A stretch of DNA of 63,557 nt, filler included, from Chiloscyllium plagiosum (lineage: Eukaryota), in NCBI RefSeq assembly GCF_004010195.1. It is 3 parts of one record of this genome, joined end to end, with 100 filler letters (N's around TTAATTAATTAA, not from the genome) between each part and the next. Parts side by side here need not be neighbours in the genome. Positions count along the whole stretch, not along the records: positions 1 to 12,886 come from NC_057717.1; positions 12,987 to 37,077 come from NC_057717.1; 1 more part is not named here. One strand, 5' to 3'. Each line of letters opens with the position of its first letter. The first letter of the stretch is position 1. The notes below the pieces were generated by a model. It saw nothing but the letters and a program-made list of their open reading frames with translations, was not told the DNA's origin and made no database searches. Both the position numbers and the translations under genes were made by a program. Below are positions 11,471 to 24,998 of the stretch, in pieces.

Positions 11471-12886
11471 CATACTCCTCAGTTAGTTCTGTCAATTACT
11501 TGTAGCTGACTGAAGAAATCCAAATGGCTTGTTCTGATAACTGAACCTGACCCAATATTAGAAATTTATCATCGGCCATATCGCCAACCTAGTTACATTT
11601 AAAATTTGTTTGAGCAGTGGAGGAGTGGGACTAGAAATGGAAACAGTGACGCCCTCCAACCTCAGTCAGAACCGGACTGAGGATAAATTCACAAAGTGGG
11701 AATTCATTCAAGTGGGAATTCTCTCACCCAGAAGATTAGGAGGGCTGAATCTTCATATTATAGCGAGGCTGACTTTGTCTGATTTTCCGTAGACAGGTGA
11801 ATCAGGGATCATTGTGAAATCAGAGAAAAGTGCAGCTGGGAACACAATGAGATAAGCCATGACCTTAATGACTGGTGGGATAGTGTCAAAGGTCTGAATG
11901 CCCAGAAGTATGCGTTCCATTCAGCCCTTCGGTCCTGCTGTGCAGGAGCAGATTGAGGCCATTCCGATAGTTTGGTGTTGTTTGGCAAATGTATAGGAAA
12001 ATCCAGGCTGGGTCAGGAAGTGACCCCATCCCCAATCCCTCTTTTCAGGCTTCTCCTCTCTGTAACTTCTGCTCCTGATGAAGGTCATGTTACAGGCCCA
12101 GATTCGCATTGAATACAGCCCCCATCCCCCACACAAAGTCAACTCAGACAAATCCTCTGCCGTCTCTGAATGCAACATTTTACATCATGACTTCCAGGAA
12201 AATAATCAAGTATTTTCTAAAAACAGAAATAAGAACGTAAGAAATAGGAACCTGCGCTGTCATTCAATAAGAACATGGCTGATCTACTCCACGGCTCAAC
12301 TCCACTTTCCTGCTAACCTCTTGCATCCCTCAACTCGCTGAAATGTCACAAACCAATCCACCCGCCTGTAAATAAAATCAGTCACTAAACCTCCACAACT
12401 CTCGGAGTTAGGAAATTCCAGCCATTTACTACATTCTGAAAGAAGACAGTTTGAAATCGATATTCCTTATTCTGTATCTACATATCTGACTTCGAGACTC
12501 TGCCCTGGTTGTGGAATCACATTCTGAACACCGACCTTGTCAAGCCCCCTCTGTATCTTATTCGTTTCAGTAAGGACATTTTCATTCATTTAAACCACAA
12601 TGAATAATCACCTCAGCATTTTTGATGTATTCAATAATTCAATCCTTTCATCCCAGGAACCAGTCTAATGAACCAACATTTCTGCATCAGCATGCTAACG
12701 TTATGTTTCATATACAGGAACAATATAATTCGTTGTCCTGCTCCTTGTTTGGGAGTCCTCTCCATTTAATAACAGCCTGCCTTTTGGTTGTCAGTGTCAT
12801 CCTAAAATTCGAATGTATATTGCACTCAGCTCCCGCCGTCAGGAGCTGAGTGCAGCTCTTGTAAGCAGCTCTTGCCATCGGACTGA

Positions 12887-12986
12887 NNNNNNNNNNNNNN
12901 NNNNNNNNNNNNNNNNNNNNNNNNNNNNNNTTAATTAATTAANNNNNNNNNNNNNNNNNNNNNNNNNNNNNNNNNNNNNNNNNNNN
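12887..12986. other. Artificial 100-bp assembly spacer N44-TTAATTAATTAA-N44
   Basis: A 12-mer that gives stops in all six frames, centred in exactly 100 bp; an identical construct is at 37078-37177. Confidence 0.95.
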
Positions 12987-15375
12987 TCAAAACTTGGTTT
13001 CAGAGAGTCCAGAGCCAACGTGTTCCTATTAGTGAGAGGGGCAAGGCTGGTAGGTGCAGGGAGTGCTGGATGGCTAGGTATATTGATGCTCTGGTCAAGG
13101 TAAGGAAGGAGGCATATGTCAGGTATACAGAGCTGAAATCAAGTGAATCCCCAGAGGAGTATAAGGGCAGGAAGTGTATTGTCAACGGTGAAATCGGGCC
13201 AGAAAAATGTGAACAAGGGTTGGCCTTAGAAATAGGGTTAACGAGGTATTGACGAAACTCTACAAATCTGTTAGTGGCAAAATATTAACTAGGGAGAAAA
13301 TACCTTAAAGATCAGTAAGGCTAACTATGTGTGGAACCACAAGAGATGGGAAAGATATAAAACAAGTATTTAATGTGGAGGAGGTTCCAAGAGTGAGAAA
13401 ATGAAGAAATATGTAGTGATATCTTGAAAAGTATCTATATTACAAGGAGGTGTTGGACATTGTAAAACACATAAAGGTGAACAAATCCCTGGGACCTGAT
13501 CAGTTGTATCCCAAAAGATTGTGGGAAGCTAAGAAAGAGATTGCTCAGCCTTTTCCTGATATATCAGTGTTATTGATTTCCACAGGTGAGGCATCAAAAG
13601 ACTGGAGAGCTGCTAATATAGTGTCATCATTTCAGAAAGGAACGAAAAACCAGGTAACTATAGACTGGTGAGCCTGACGTCAGTTGGAGGGGACTTTGAG
13701 GGAAAGGATGTATATGCATTTGGAAAGACAAGGACTGATGAGGGCTTTGTACATTGGAGATCACGTCTCACTGACTCGGTGGAATTTTGTGACGAAGTGA
13801 TGAAGATGATTGATGAAGGCAGCACAGTGGATGTTGTCTTTATTGAATTCAGTAAGAAAAGCAAGATGTTCTACATGGTAGACTGGTTAGCAAGGTTAGA
13901 CTGGTTAGCAAGGTTAGACTGCCTGGGATCCAGGGAGAGCTCGCCATTCAGATCCAAAATTTTCTTGAATATTGGAGACAGGGCGTGACAGTGGACATTT
14001 GTTCATTGAACTTGGAGACCTGTGACCAGTGGTGTGCCACAAAAGTCAATAATGAGTCTACTGCCTCTTGTCACTTATGCAAATCATTTGCATTTGACTA
14101 TATGAAGTACGGTCAGTAAGTTTGTAGATAATTCCATATTTTGTGGTGTAGTCGACAGTGAAGAATGATATCTCAGAACAAAGTGGAAACTTGATTAGGT
14201 GAGCCGAGGGGTGACAGATGGAGTTAAATTTAGATAAATGTGAGGTGTTGCGTTTTGGCAAGACAAATCAGGGCAAGACATGTAGGTAGGGACCTGTCGA
14301 AAGTTGCCAATCAAAGAGAACTCCATTGAAATTATCGAATCCCTACAGTGACGAAACAGGCTATTCAGCCCATCGAGGCCACACCGATCCTCTAAACAGT
14401 ATCCTACTAGACAAACCCTTACCCTATCCCTCTGAGCCTGCATTTTCCATGGCTAATCCACCTCGCGAACACATCCCAGGGTACTTGGGGCAATTTAGCA
14501 TGGCCAATCTATACTTGCCTGTATACCTTTGTACTGTGGGAGGAAAACATAGCACCCGGAAGAAACTCACGCAGACACTTGGAGAATGTGCAACTTCCAC
14601 ACAGGCAGTCATTCGAGGATAGAATTAAACCCAGATCGCTGTGCTCTGAAATAGCAATGCTAGCCACTGAGCTACTGTGTCACCTCGTGGTGCAGGTTCT
14701 CAGTTCCTTGAAAGTGCCGTCACAGGTAGACAGCGCAGTGAAGAAGGCACTTGGTGACCTGCCCTTTATTGGTCCGTGCTTTGAGTCTCTGCGTTTGCAT
14801 GACATGTTGCCCCTGTACAGGACATTGGTTTGGCCACTTCTGTAATATTGCCTTTAATTCTGGTCTCCCTGCTGTCTGAAAGATGTTGTCAAACTTGAAA
14901 GGGTGCAGAAGAGATTTACAAGAATGTTGCAGGTGTTGGAGGGTTAGAGTTACGGGGAGAGTTTGAATAGGCTGGGAGTATTTTCAAGTGTTGAGGCTGA
15001 GGGGTGACCTTCAAGAGGTTTATAAAATCATGAGGGTCATAGATAAGGTAAACAGTCAACGTCTTTACCCCAGCATAGGCGAGTCGAAAATTACAGGACA
15101 AAGGTTGAAGGTGAGAGTGGAAAGATTTATCAAGGGAAATGAGGTATAACACTTTCAAAGAGAGACTGCTGTGAATGGATTGAGCACCCAAAAGTGGTGG
15201 GTGGAGGCAGGTACTGTTACACCATTTAAAAGGCATTTGAATGGGTACGTGCATGGGAATGGTTTAGCGGGATATGGGCCAAGTATTGGCAAGGGGGACG
15301 AGATTAATTTAGGATATTTGGTCAGAATGTACGACTGGATCGAAGGGTCTTTTTCCGTGCTGTACATCTTGAGTA
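12987..15375 (+). mobile_element. CR1 LINE ORF2 remnant (RT and 3' UTR), interrupted by a SINE
   Basis: Fragments KSLGPDQLYPKRLWE, DWRAANIV, SRLTDSVEFCDEVMKMIDEGSTVDVVFIEFSK and LYRTLVWPLL; CR1 3' UTR ends near 15370. Confidence 0.9.
14330..14684 (-). mobile_element. HE1-type V-SINE inserted in CR1
   Basis: Minus strand begins ggtgacacagtagctcagtggctagcattgct, contains the V-domain gtgtggaagttgcacattctcc and ends cactgtagggattc. Confidence 0.85.
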
Positions 15376-15664
15376 TATAACACAGGAACAGGAAGAGGCT
15401 ACTCAGGTTCTGAATTCTGTCAGTCAGCTTGTTTGCTCAATTACTGAGAGTCAAATACAAAAATACATCATTCAGATTTTGATGGAGTTTTACAGAAACA
15501 GGAGAAAGGCTTTTAGTCAAGAGAAGCTGTAAGGAATGTGAAGAGGCCATTCAGTCCCTCAACTCCATTCCACAGAAGCAGCAGGTGAGCACAGAGCGAT
15601 TGGAGCCTGTTAGTCAGGAACAAGAGGAGTACATCTACTTTCACAAACTTGGGATCATGAGGCA

Positions 15665-16320
15665 TCACTCAGTTGCTCGAGACTGGGACACAGGGACAGG
15701 AGGCAGTCACTCAACTGCTCGAGACTGGGACACAGGGACAGGAGACAGTCACTCAACTACTCGAGACTGGGACTCAGGGACAGGAGACAGTCACTCAACT
15801 GCTCGAGACTGGGAAACAGGAACAGTAGGGAGACACTCAATTGCTCGAGACTGGGAGTCAGGGAGAGGAGGCAGTCACTCAACTGCAGGAGACTGGGTCA
15901 CAGGAACAGGAGGGAGTCACTCAACTGCTCAAGACTGGGACTCAGGGACAGGAGGCAGTCACTTATCTGCTAGAGACTGGGACATAGGAACAGGAGGCAG
16001 TCATTCAACTGCTCGAGTCTGGGACACAGGAACAGGAGCCGGTCATTCAACTGCTCAAAACTGGGACACAGGAACAGGAGGGAGTCACGCAACTGCTCGA
16101 GACTGGGACACAGAAACAGTAGGGAGTCACTCAACTGCTCGAGATTGGGGCACAGAAACAGGAGGGAGTCACTCAACTGCTCGAGTCTGGGGCACAAGAA
16201 CAGTAGGGAGTCATTCAACTCCTCGAGACTGGGTTACAGCAACAGGAGGCGGTCATTCAACTGCTCGAGACTGGGACTCAGGAACAGGAGGTAATCATTC
16301 AAGCGCTCGAAACTGGCGCT
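15665..16320 (+). repeat. 42-bp minisatellite (about 15.5 units) with one fully open frame
   Basis: Unit gactgggacacagggacaggaggcagtcactcaactgctcga translates as the 14-aa repeat RDWDTGTGGSHSTA inside ORF 15585-16445. Confidence 0.95.
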
Positions 16321-17109
16321 GGGAAATCTGGAGGGTTGTGAGGCCCCAGGATCCTATTACGCAGGGACAGGAGGAGGTGACTCACTCCCCACCAGCTTTG
16401 GGCACTGGGAGAGAAAGGAAGTTTTCCTGTTACAAACAGAAATAGATGCATAAGTTGCATTCGTGGTCCAAACAATCCTGCCCCACCATTTACTAAGAGC
16501 ACGGCAGATCTGATAGTGATTCCCTCAAGCCATTTTACGGAGACTGTGCTCTCTGCAGCCTCTGCTCCATTTATTGGTCATATTGCAGACCCAGATGCCG
16601 TAACAACAGTCAGCATGACTCATCCAGAGGGTCGGGTCTAATCAGATGAGTCAGGATTTGAAGGGTCCAATCACAAGAATGAAAACACAAAATAAAGGCA
16701 TTGCCAGATGTTTTGTTGTCTCACATTCGCAATCCAACTCACAAAACCAGTTCATCCATAATACATTCAGAATGGAGCACTGTGTAAATCCGGTCCAGAG
16801 TGGAACGCTGTGCAGCCCACACCAATGCTTGATCTATAATCACGGGCTAAATGTCCAGCGTGGGGAGCTGTGCAGACCGCACTGGTACATTCATATATAA
16901 CCTCAGGCTGTTGCATTGTTCGGTAACACTGTGTTAGATCACTGCCCAGTGTGGGGAAACTTGCAGCAAATGCTGGCAGTGACAGGATGTACAGTTCCCA
17001 TCTATTTACAGCTTTATAACTCCATTGCGCCTTTTCAAAGGGTTCTGTGGGTGTGAAAATCAGTGCAATGTAGAGATGTAAATTGAAACAGTTAAATACC
17101 AATAGTTCC

Positions 17110-19645
17110 GATTCAGGCGCATATCACTCAGTATTTAAAGATGAAATAACTGAGATAATGTTGAGTGAGGTTTTGTGGATGGTGCAAAGAAGTAAGAGGG
17201 GGTTGGCGATGTTATAGTAGTTGCACTATAAGCCTCCAAATAATCAAATGGAATTAGGCAAAAAAATGCAGGGAAACAGGGGAGACTTGCAGGAGCAATA
17301 GGATTGTCATAATAGGTGATTTTAATTATCCTAACATAGTCTGCGACTTCCAGAGGTTTAAGGACTTAGATGGAACGTAATTTGTTAAGTGTGTTCAGAA
17401 AAGTTTCCACGAACAGCATGTAGAGGGTCCTACTCGCGAAGGGACAAACTCGACCTACTGTTGGGACATAGGGCAGCATAGGTGATGGGGGTAAAGTGGG
17501 GGAGCATTTTGGGACCGGTGACTAGAATTGTATTAATTTTAAACTAGTTATAAAAGGGGGTATGACATAGCCTTGGCTGAGAAAAAATAGGGTGAATCCA
17601 AAGATGTGCTTTCACTATAGTAAAGAAAAAGAACGACTACAGAGAAAATAGGACGCCTTAAAATCCAAAGTGGGCATTCATGTGTAAAACCACAACAGAT
17701 GGGCGAGGTCCTCAAATTCCCCTCTGTGTTTACCATGAAGAAAGACGTGAAGATCTGTGACCTTTGGTGGGGGGGGTGGTGGTTAGTTGTCATATATTGG
17801 TACCGTTCATATCACAGTAGAGTTGCTGTTGGACATATTAGAATGCATAAATCTCTTGGTCCTGGCCAGATATATCCAAGAGTACTGCAAGAGGGGAAAG
17901 AAGACAGTTCAGGGGCCAAGGTCCCGGAAGACTGGGCAGTAGCAAATGTTGTGCCCTTAATCAAGAAGGGCTGCAAAGAAAAGCCTGGGAAATATAGACC
18001 AGTAAGCTTCACATCTGTTTTCGGTAAACCACTTGAGAAGGTTCTGAGCGATAAGATATGCATGCATTTGGAATGGAAGAGTTTGACTTGGAACAGTCAG
18101 CATAGCTTTGTGCATGGCAGATCATGCCTTACAAACTTTGTTAGAGTTTTTGAGGAAGTGACCAGGAAGGTTGACGAGGGCAGGGCGGTGGACATAGTCT
18201 CTATGGATTTCAGTAAATCCTTTGATAAGGTTCCACATGGTAGGCCGCTCAAGAAGGTTAGATCGCATGGACTCCAAGGTAATCTGACAAATTGGCGACA
18301 CAGTTGGCTTGGTGTTAGGAAGCAAATGGCTATGGTGGAGGTATGCTTGTCGGACTGGAGGCCTGTGACTAGAGTATTGCCTCAGGGGTTGGTGCTGGGC
18401 CCATTGCTGTTTGTTATCTATATCAACGATTTGGCTGAGAGTGCACACCGCAAGGTTAGTAAGTTTGCAGATGACACTAAAATAGGAGGGATCCAATGAG
18501 GAACATTACCAGAAATTGCAGCAGTACCTTGATCGGCAGCGGAAGTGGGCTGAGAAATAGCATGTGGAGTTTAACATAGAAAAGGGTGACGTCTTGCATT
18601 TTGGAAAGTCAAATCCAGGTAGGAGTTTAATGATGAATGAGAGGGCCTTAAGGAGGGTAGTGGAACAAAAGGACATTAGAGATCAGGTGCACGGTTGTCT
18701 GAAATTTGAGTCACAGATACACAGGACAGTGAAGGAGGCTGTTGGCACACAGGCCTTCATCAGGGCATTGAGTATAGAAGTTGGCACGTTATGTTGTAAT
18801 TATACAGGATGTTGGTAAGGCTGCAGTTGGAGTATTGGGTTCAGTTTTGTTCTCCTTGCTCTAGAAAGGATATTATTGAATTAGAAAGTGTGTAGAAGAA
18901 ATTTCAGAGATGTTTCCTGGGTAAAGGGTTTAAGTTATAGGGAGAAGTTGGACAGGTTAGAACTTATTTCTTTACAGCCTAGGAAACTGAAGGGGGTTCT
19001 TATAGAAGAGTAGATGGTTTGTGAGAAGATTTGTAGCTCGGGTGTTCGTTGTTGTGGTTCTGTTCGCCGAGCTGGGAATTTGTGTTGCAGACGTTACAGT
19101 AGACAGCTGGAACTGACAACTGGAAGTGGCAGATACAAACCACTATAAATGCCGGAGGAAACGTCACAGAAGCGCTTCACAGAAGGCCCCCAAGCACTGA
19201 GGATGTCACCGAGACAGGGGACGAAACGTCTGCAACACCAACTCCCAGCTCGGCGAACAGAACCACAACAAGAAGTGTAGATCTTATCAAATTATGAGAG
19301 TCGTGCATAAGGGTGAACACTTCATTGTTTTTTCGCAAGGTTGGGGAGTCGAGGACTAAAGGACATCCGTTAATGCTTCGAGAGGAATAAAATAAAAATT
19401 AACCCGTAGGGGCAACTTTTTTATACAGAGTACGGTACACATATGGACTGAGCTGCCAGGGGAAATGGTTGAGGTGGGTACAACAACAACATTTAAAAGG
19501 CATTTGGACAAATACACAGATAGGAAAAGATTAAAGGATACAGAGCAAGGGCAGAGAAATTGGATGAGTGTGGATGGACATTTTGTTCGGCATGGAACAG
19601 CTGGACAGAAGGGCCTGTTTCTGTCTGTAGAACCGTATGATTGTA
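17110..19645 (+). mobile_element. CR1 LINE ORF2 remnant (endonuclease, RT, 3' UTR) with internal deletions
   Basis: Endonuclease IIGDFNYP near 17310; RT ORF 17699-18499 with YRPVSFTS, SQHSFVHGRSCLTN, DFSKSFDKVPHG, PQGLVLGPLLFVIYINDL and KFADDTK; tail near 19640. Confidence 0.95.
19016..19270 (+). mobile_element. Penelope-like element terminal fragment (second family) with hammerhead ribozyme and inverted arm
   Basis: Inverted repeat at about 19049-19096 and 19224-19271; HHR gca-CTGAGGA-tgtcaccgagacaggggac-GAAAC-GTC-tgc (19194-19233); near-perfect 12-bp TSD agaag(a/t)gtagat (19004-19015, 19271-19282). Confidence 0.85.
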
Positions 19646-19669
19646 AATACGTGTACTTTGGGATAGAGA

Positions 19670-20690
19670 CAGGGAGGGGGAGACTGAGAAAAAATGTCAT
19701 GGAAAGATGTGATCACTGTTTCCAGAATGCTGAAATGAAGACATTTCGACAGTATCATGCAAGCCGGGTCAGTAATATGAAGAATTATGAGTGAATGGTA
19801 TATTAGTACGAGTTCAGGCGATGGAGAGTTTTGAATGAGCATTTGTCCTGCAGCTTTGTAACTGGGAGGGAGGACTGCAGAGTCTTCGACACATTGAGCT
19901 GTATAAAACTGTAATTTGTCTCAGTTTCATTTTCGTTGAGTGTGACAGAGGGATTGTCTGTACGAAGCTGGGCTAGTTTCGTGGTGCTATCTTATCGAAC
20001 TCATCTCATTAGCTACCCACCCCACCCCATGGTGTCCCTCTCATTCAATACCAGCCCAATTCTCCCACCCATCATGATTGACCAGATGGCACTCCGGCAC
20101 TTATACCCCAGTTTTCATCAAGTGCCTGTTCGAGGGCATTTCCTATGGAACGCACTCTCCTAACAATATATTCCATCTGCTTTATACTTTCATACGACAG
20201 TCAGCATGCTTTACACAGACCAAACAAAAACATCTACATTTATTTTATGGTTATAGATTCCCATCACACTTAGTAATTCTTCTTATGTCACTTGACCCAC
20301 CTTAATAATATTAAATCAAAGACAGCTTCTAAACACGTCTTGTTATGAAATACAATTTCGAGCCGAGAACGATTTTACCCTCAGCCGTTATCTTGACCGT
20401 TATCTGAATTGTACCATTTTCCTTGTTATGGATGTTTCTCTTGCCCTTTGCTTGTGACTGTTTCTGTCTGTGACAGTTGCTCTGTCTCCCACTCAATTAG
20501 TTGGACGGCTGGTTTGTGATGTAGAGGGAGGCCAACAGTGCAGGTTCAGTTCCTCACACTGACAGAGGTTACTCTGAAGGGGACGCTTTTTCAACCTCAA
20601 CCTCACCCCATCACCCGAGATGTGGTGACCCTGAGGGTAAACCAGCATGAGAGGTCTCTCCAATGAGAGTTCTTTGGGACTCTATTCTTT
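19670..20690 (+). repeat. Duplicated non-coding block, copy 2, with more complete tRNA-derived SINE (about 20490-20690)
   Basis: Homology to 9890-11290; SINE has B-box-like ggttcagttcc and body gtggtgaccctgagggtaaacc. Confidence 0.8.
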
Positions 20691-21840
20691 CAATGTAAGC
20701 ATTTTATTTTTAAAAGAAGTAATTTTATTGGAAAGAGATTTTTAATACTATAATAACCCAATAACAACACAACTCAAATAACTGAACAAAATTACACTCA
20801 TGTGCATGTACAAAAACAAGTTAAAAACACTAAGTGGACACAAGAAAAACAAAAATAAACAATAAATAATGAATCAATAGTACAGCTCAGCATAACAAAA
20901 CGATAGCTCTCGTTCTTCAAGAGCATTAACTGATACGCATTTTTATGTTCATAATTGTTTCTTGCTGGATATTAGATTCATTAGACAATATCGTCATGGC
21001 TATATAAAAGCCCTTCTTAATGTGACAGATAAACCTGCATCGTGGTAATCCAAAAAGGGCTGCCATGTCTTATATAAATCTCTGTTTTTTTGATGCACCA
21101 TGCTAGTGAGAAAGTCCAAAGGGATATTCTCCATGAAGAACTTACAACGACCCAACAGACCCGAGGTTTTCAGACATCCAACACATAAGAACATGTTTCC
21201 TAGCACAGAAAGTAAAGATATAATTTTTTCGACATGTGCATCTGCGTAAGGTACCCTGAGCAGGCCCAGGAAAAGAAAAAACAGGTCCATCTCCAATTCA
21301 GTCCCCAATATCTACTCTATCACAGCTACCACAGTGCTCCAATATATATGAAGCCTGCAGCATGACAACAAGCAATGAGAAAGAGTGCCTGTAGCTATTC
21401 TGCATTTACGACAGGCTGAAGATAATCCCACTTCGCATTTTGAGAGACAATCTGGGATCAGATAGACCCTATGAAGAATTTTCAATTGCATGGAATGGAT
21501 CCTATTACAGATCAAAATCCTTCCAGTGTTTTCACAAATGTCCTCCCATCTCTCCGAGGTATTCTGAACCCCCAACTCTCTCTCTCGCAGACATCACAAA
21601 GCTGCACAGTCTCGTCTGAGGGGATAAACTCCAACTAATGATAAAGGGTACTGACAGAGAGTGTATTCTAAGCAATAAGCGCCCACTTCTCACTATCGGA
21701 TCTGTGAGAGTCTGGTAAAGGTGTATTTCTTTAAAATCAAAGCTCAGATCTGGACAAAAAAATAGAAGAGGTCTCTACTAGGTCGTCCATACTTACGAGT
21801 TATTTGATCAAATGATGTCATTCTTTCTCCCTCAAATAAC

Positions 21841-22062
21841 ACGTGGTGGCTCAGTAGTTAGCTCTGCGGCCTCACAGCACCAGGATCAAAGATGTGCAGG
21901 TTAGATGAATTGGCTATTGATAAATCACACATAGTGTTCAGGGATGTGTAGGTTGGAGCATTAGTCAGGGTAACTATAGGATGGTAGGGGAATGGGTCTG
22001 TGTGGCTTGAAGTCGATTTGTTGGGCCCAAGGGCTTGTTTCCACACTGTAGGGATTCTATTA
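21841..22062 (+). mobile_element. Internally deleted HE1-type SINE inside L1
   Basis: Head gtggctcagtagttagctctgcggcctcacagcaccagg jumps to caaagatgtgcaggttag; tail tttccacactgtagggattct. Confidence 0.8.
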
Positions 22063-24998
22063 AATCTAAATCACTCAAGCAAGTTACACCCCTGGCTTCC
22101 CACAGTTTAAACATGGAATCCATTATCCCCGGTTGACAACTCGTTATACCAATTATAGGGGTAAGCAGCATAGTTTTGGCTATATTGCCCTCGACCTGAC
22201 ATATTGACATTCATGCTTTAACTTTATTGATAATTATTGGGTTATGACAATACTCCATAAATGTTGTCATTTTGCCTCAGAACAACAGACCAATAAGGGT
22301 TCACTTTGTGTGAGAGGGTTCAATATCTAACCGTATTGACACCGAGTCCTCAGTGGCCCAGACACTAACATAGGATAATAAAGAGCTTAACAGATAGCTT
22401 TTAATCTGGGAGATCTACTCCCCACACTCTGTGGGGTAGTTGTAATTTGGCTAGCTTGATAAAGAGTCGCTTATGGTGCCAAATAAAAGAGCTAAACCAG
22501 CCATTAAGTGTCCTAAATATCTGTCTGGGAAACATCAAAGGAAGCATTCACACAGGGTATAGCAAAGAAGGAAGGACATTCATTTTAAGAACAGCTATCC
22601 NNNNNNNNNNNNNNNNNNNNNNNNNNNNNNNNNNNNNNNNNNNNNNNNNNNNNNNNNNNNNNNNNNNNNNNNNNNNNNNNNNNNNNNNNNNNNNNNNNNN
22701 NNNNNNNNNNNNNNNNNNNNNNNNNNNNNNNNNNNNNNNNNNNNNNNNNNNNNNNNNNNNNNNNNNNNNNNNNNNNNNNNNNNNNNNNNNNNNNNNNNNN
22801 NNNNNNNNNNNNNNNNNNNNNNNNNNNNNNNNNNNNNNNNNNNNNNNNNNNNNNNNNNNNNNNNNNNNNNNNNNNNNNNNNNNNNNNNNNNNNNNNNNNN
22901 NNNNNNNNNNNNNNNNNNNNNNNNNNNNNNNNNNNNNNNNNNNNNNNNNNNNNNNNNNNNNNNNNNNNNNNNNNNNNNNNTCTGCCTCCAGACATCTAGT
23001 TCTGCACACACATCCACTAATTGCTTACATTATAACGAGGGTACTGGGGGACATTTGGACATTCTGTCCACCGTGGGTCCATAAGACAGTTGAAATCTCC
23101 TTCTACAATAATCTGCCACTATGCACGATAGCTCACTTTGGAAAATGCATCTACCAGGATTTTAAGAGGGTGCACCGGAGGGCAATAAACATTCAAAATA
23201 CTGTATTGTTTCCCATAGTTCAAGACTTTGGGGATGATGATCCTTCCGTGAGTGTTTAATACAATCTAGAAATTTACATGGAAGATTCTTCTTCACAAGG
23301 ATGGCTTCTCCCCTACTCCTTGTATTAAAAGACAAGAAATAAACCCGATCAAACCACCCTGCTGTTATGTCAAATGTTCCTTGCCATCAAGGTGCATCTC
23401 CTGCAATAGGACAACATTCACTCTCTCTTTTTGAAGACTAGAAAGTGCATTTTTCCTCTTGACTGGCAGATGGCTCCCCTTAATGTTCCAGGTACAACAT
23501 TTAAGCACATCATTATCCATAACACATTGTAGCAACATTTCAACTCTAGAGTTTCACATCAAATTACACATCGCTGATGATTAATGAAAAAAAGACTCAT
23601 TGAGCCTAAAAACTGTACAACCTAAAACTACTACAACTAACAAGCTCTCAAAACTTTCTAAAGCTAAACACATAAAAAAAAACAAAGAATGAAATAAAAT
23701 CCAAAATGACAATCACACTCGATTGGGTAATTTACCGCCCACTGAGGACGCTTACATATCTCAAAACTTTATCCTGTGCCTGCTACCAATATGGAATCCA
23801 GGGCAATTAACAACAAAAATCGGGCTAGAACTGCCTTTCGGTCGGCACTTAGTCATCACAACTACCTTTGTAACTCCCTCCAGCTTGAGCTGCACCCCAG
23901 ACACAAGCAAAGAAAGAGAAAAAGAGTAGTCATACTAATGAAGAAGTTAAAAATGAGTACTCAACCCTGTCCTGGCTATAATTTAATACTGGTTAATACC
24001 AGAAAAATCCAACAAAATTTCTTTAGGAGAAACATGATTATCTAAATATCCAGCTTACTTTAAAATGTCCATAATTTTTTCACTTTCTCTGGATAGTCAG
24101 ACGAGTTCGTGGATCCATTGAAATCAATACAGAGCACGCTGGGTACCATAACGAATACTGAATCCAGAGTTCCCTTATATCATATCTTTATATCATCAAA
24201 AGATTTTCTTTCCTGAATCACCGCAACTGAAATGTCCTGGAAGATCATAATCCTGGAGCTCTCGTGAATTAAACCTATCTGATCTTTTCCCTGGGTTCTG
24301 AAAGCTTCCATCAGTCTTTGTCTGTCCCCATAACTATGTAATCGCGCAAGGACAGGATGAAGGCGTTTGTCTGAGTCTGTTTCGAAGTGAAGGAATCACT
24401 GCAGTCAGTTCTTGAAAAAACTCACCGGCTGACCACCTTCTGTCCACTCCAGCAAACCGACGATGTGAATATTCTTCATCCTCCCCCTGTTCCCGAGGTC
24501 GTCATCTTGTTCAGTTAAGGTGCAGACCTGCTTTTCAAGGGCGAGGATCCTCTCCCGAGAGGAATCGATCACGGGCTCTGTCGCTGCAGTTCAGCCCTTG
24601 GCATCGTCTGTTCTGTTTCCAAGGCTGTCAAGTTGCTGCTCATGTTTTTGGAGCACGGCTGAGAGTGGCTCTAGCCACTGCTGAACCCTTCTTCAATCAT
24701 GACTTCAATCATTTCACGTAACTTGGTGAACTCAGTGACCAAGGCCTGGTGAGTAACTGGGTCAATGGAACGAGCAGAGTGGGTTGCAGCTACAGCCTCA
24801 GACATGTTCGATGCTTCTGACAGGTGCACTGCTTGTTGGGACTTACTCGATCCTTTCCCGTGTTTTGTCATTTCCACTTGACAAACTGGGATTAGTGAAG
24901 GTTTTATCGCTCTTTTAGTGTTGAATTTTAAGTAACCGGCTTGGATGGGGTGAGTTAGAGAACGACTTTGCCCGTGTGTTGATGCAGAGCCCAGCAAA

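Noticed and set aside
15665..16320. CRISPR-like array
   Set aside because: Units are contiguous with no unique spacers, there are no cas genes, and the context is vertebrate.
16614..16654. Inverted repeat tgactcatc...gatgagtca as a miRNA or ribozyme
   Set aside because: Only a 9-bp stem with a long loop and no GAAA core; at most two AP-1-like sites, which are common by chance.
16767..17102. Possible GPCR exon 2 (ICCK-like string on the minus strand)
   Set aside because: No transmembrane pattern or DRF/DRY context, and stops nearby.
22447..23259. Long ORFs spanning N runs (also 25.5-26.2, 28.5-29.2 and 45.0-45.7 kb)
   Set aside because: Their length is an artefact of the gaps.
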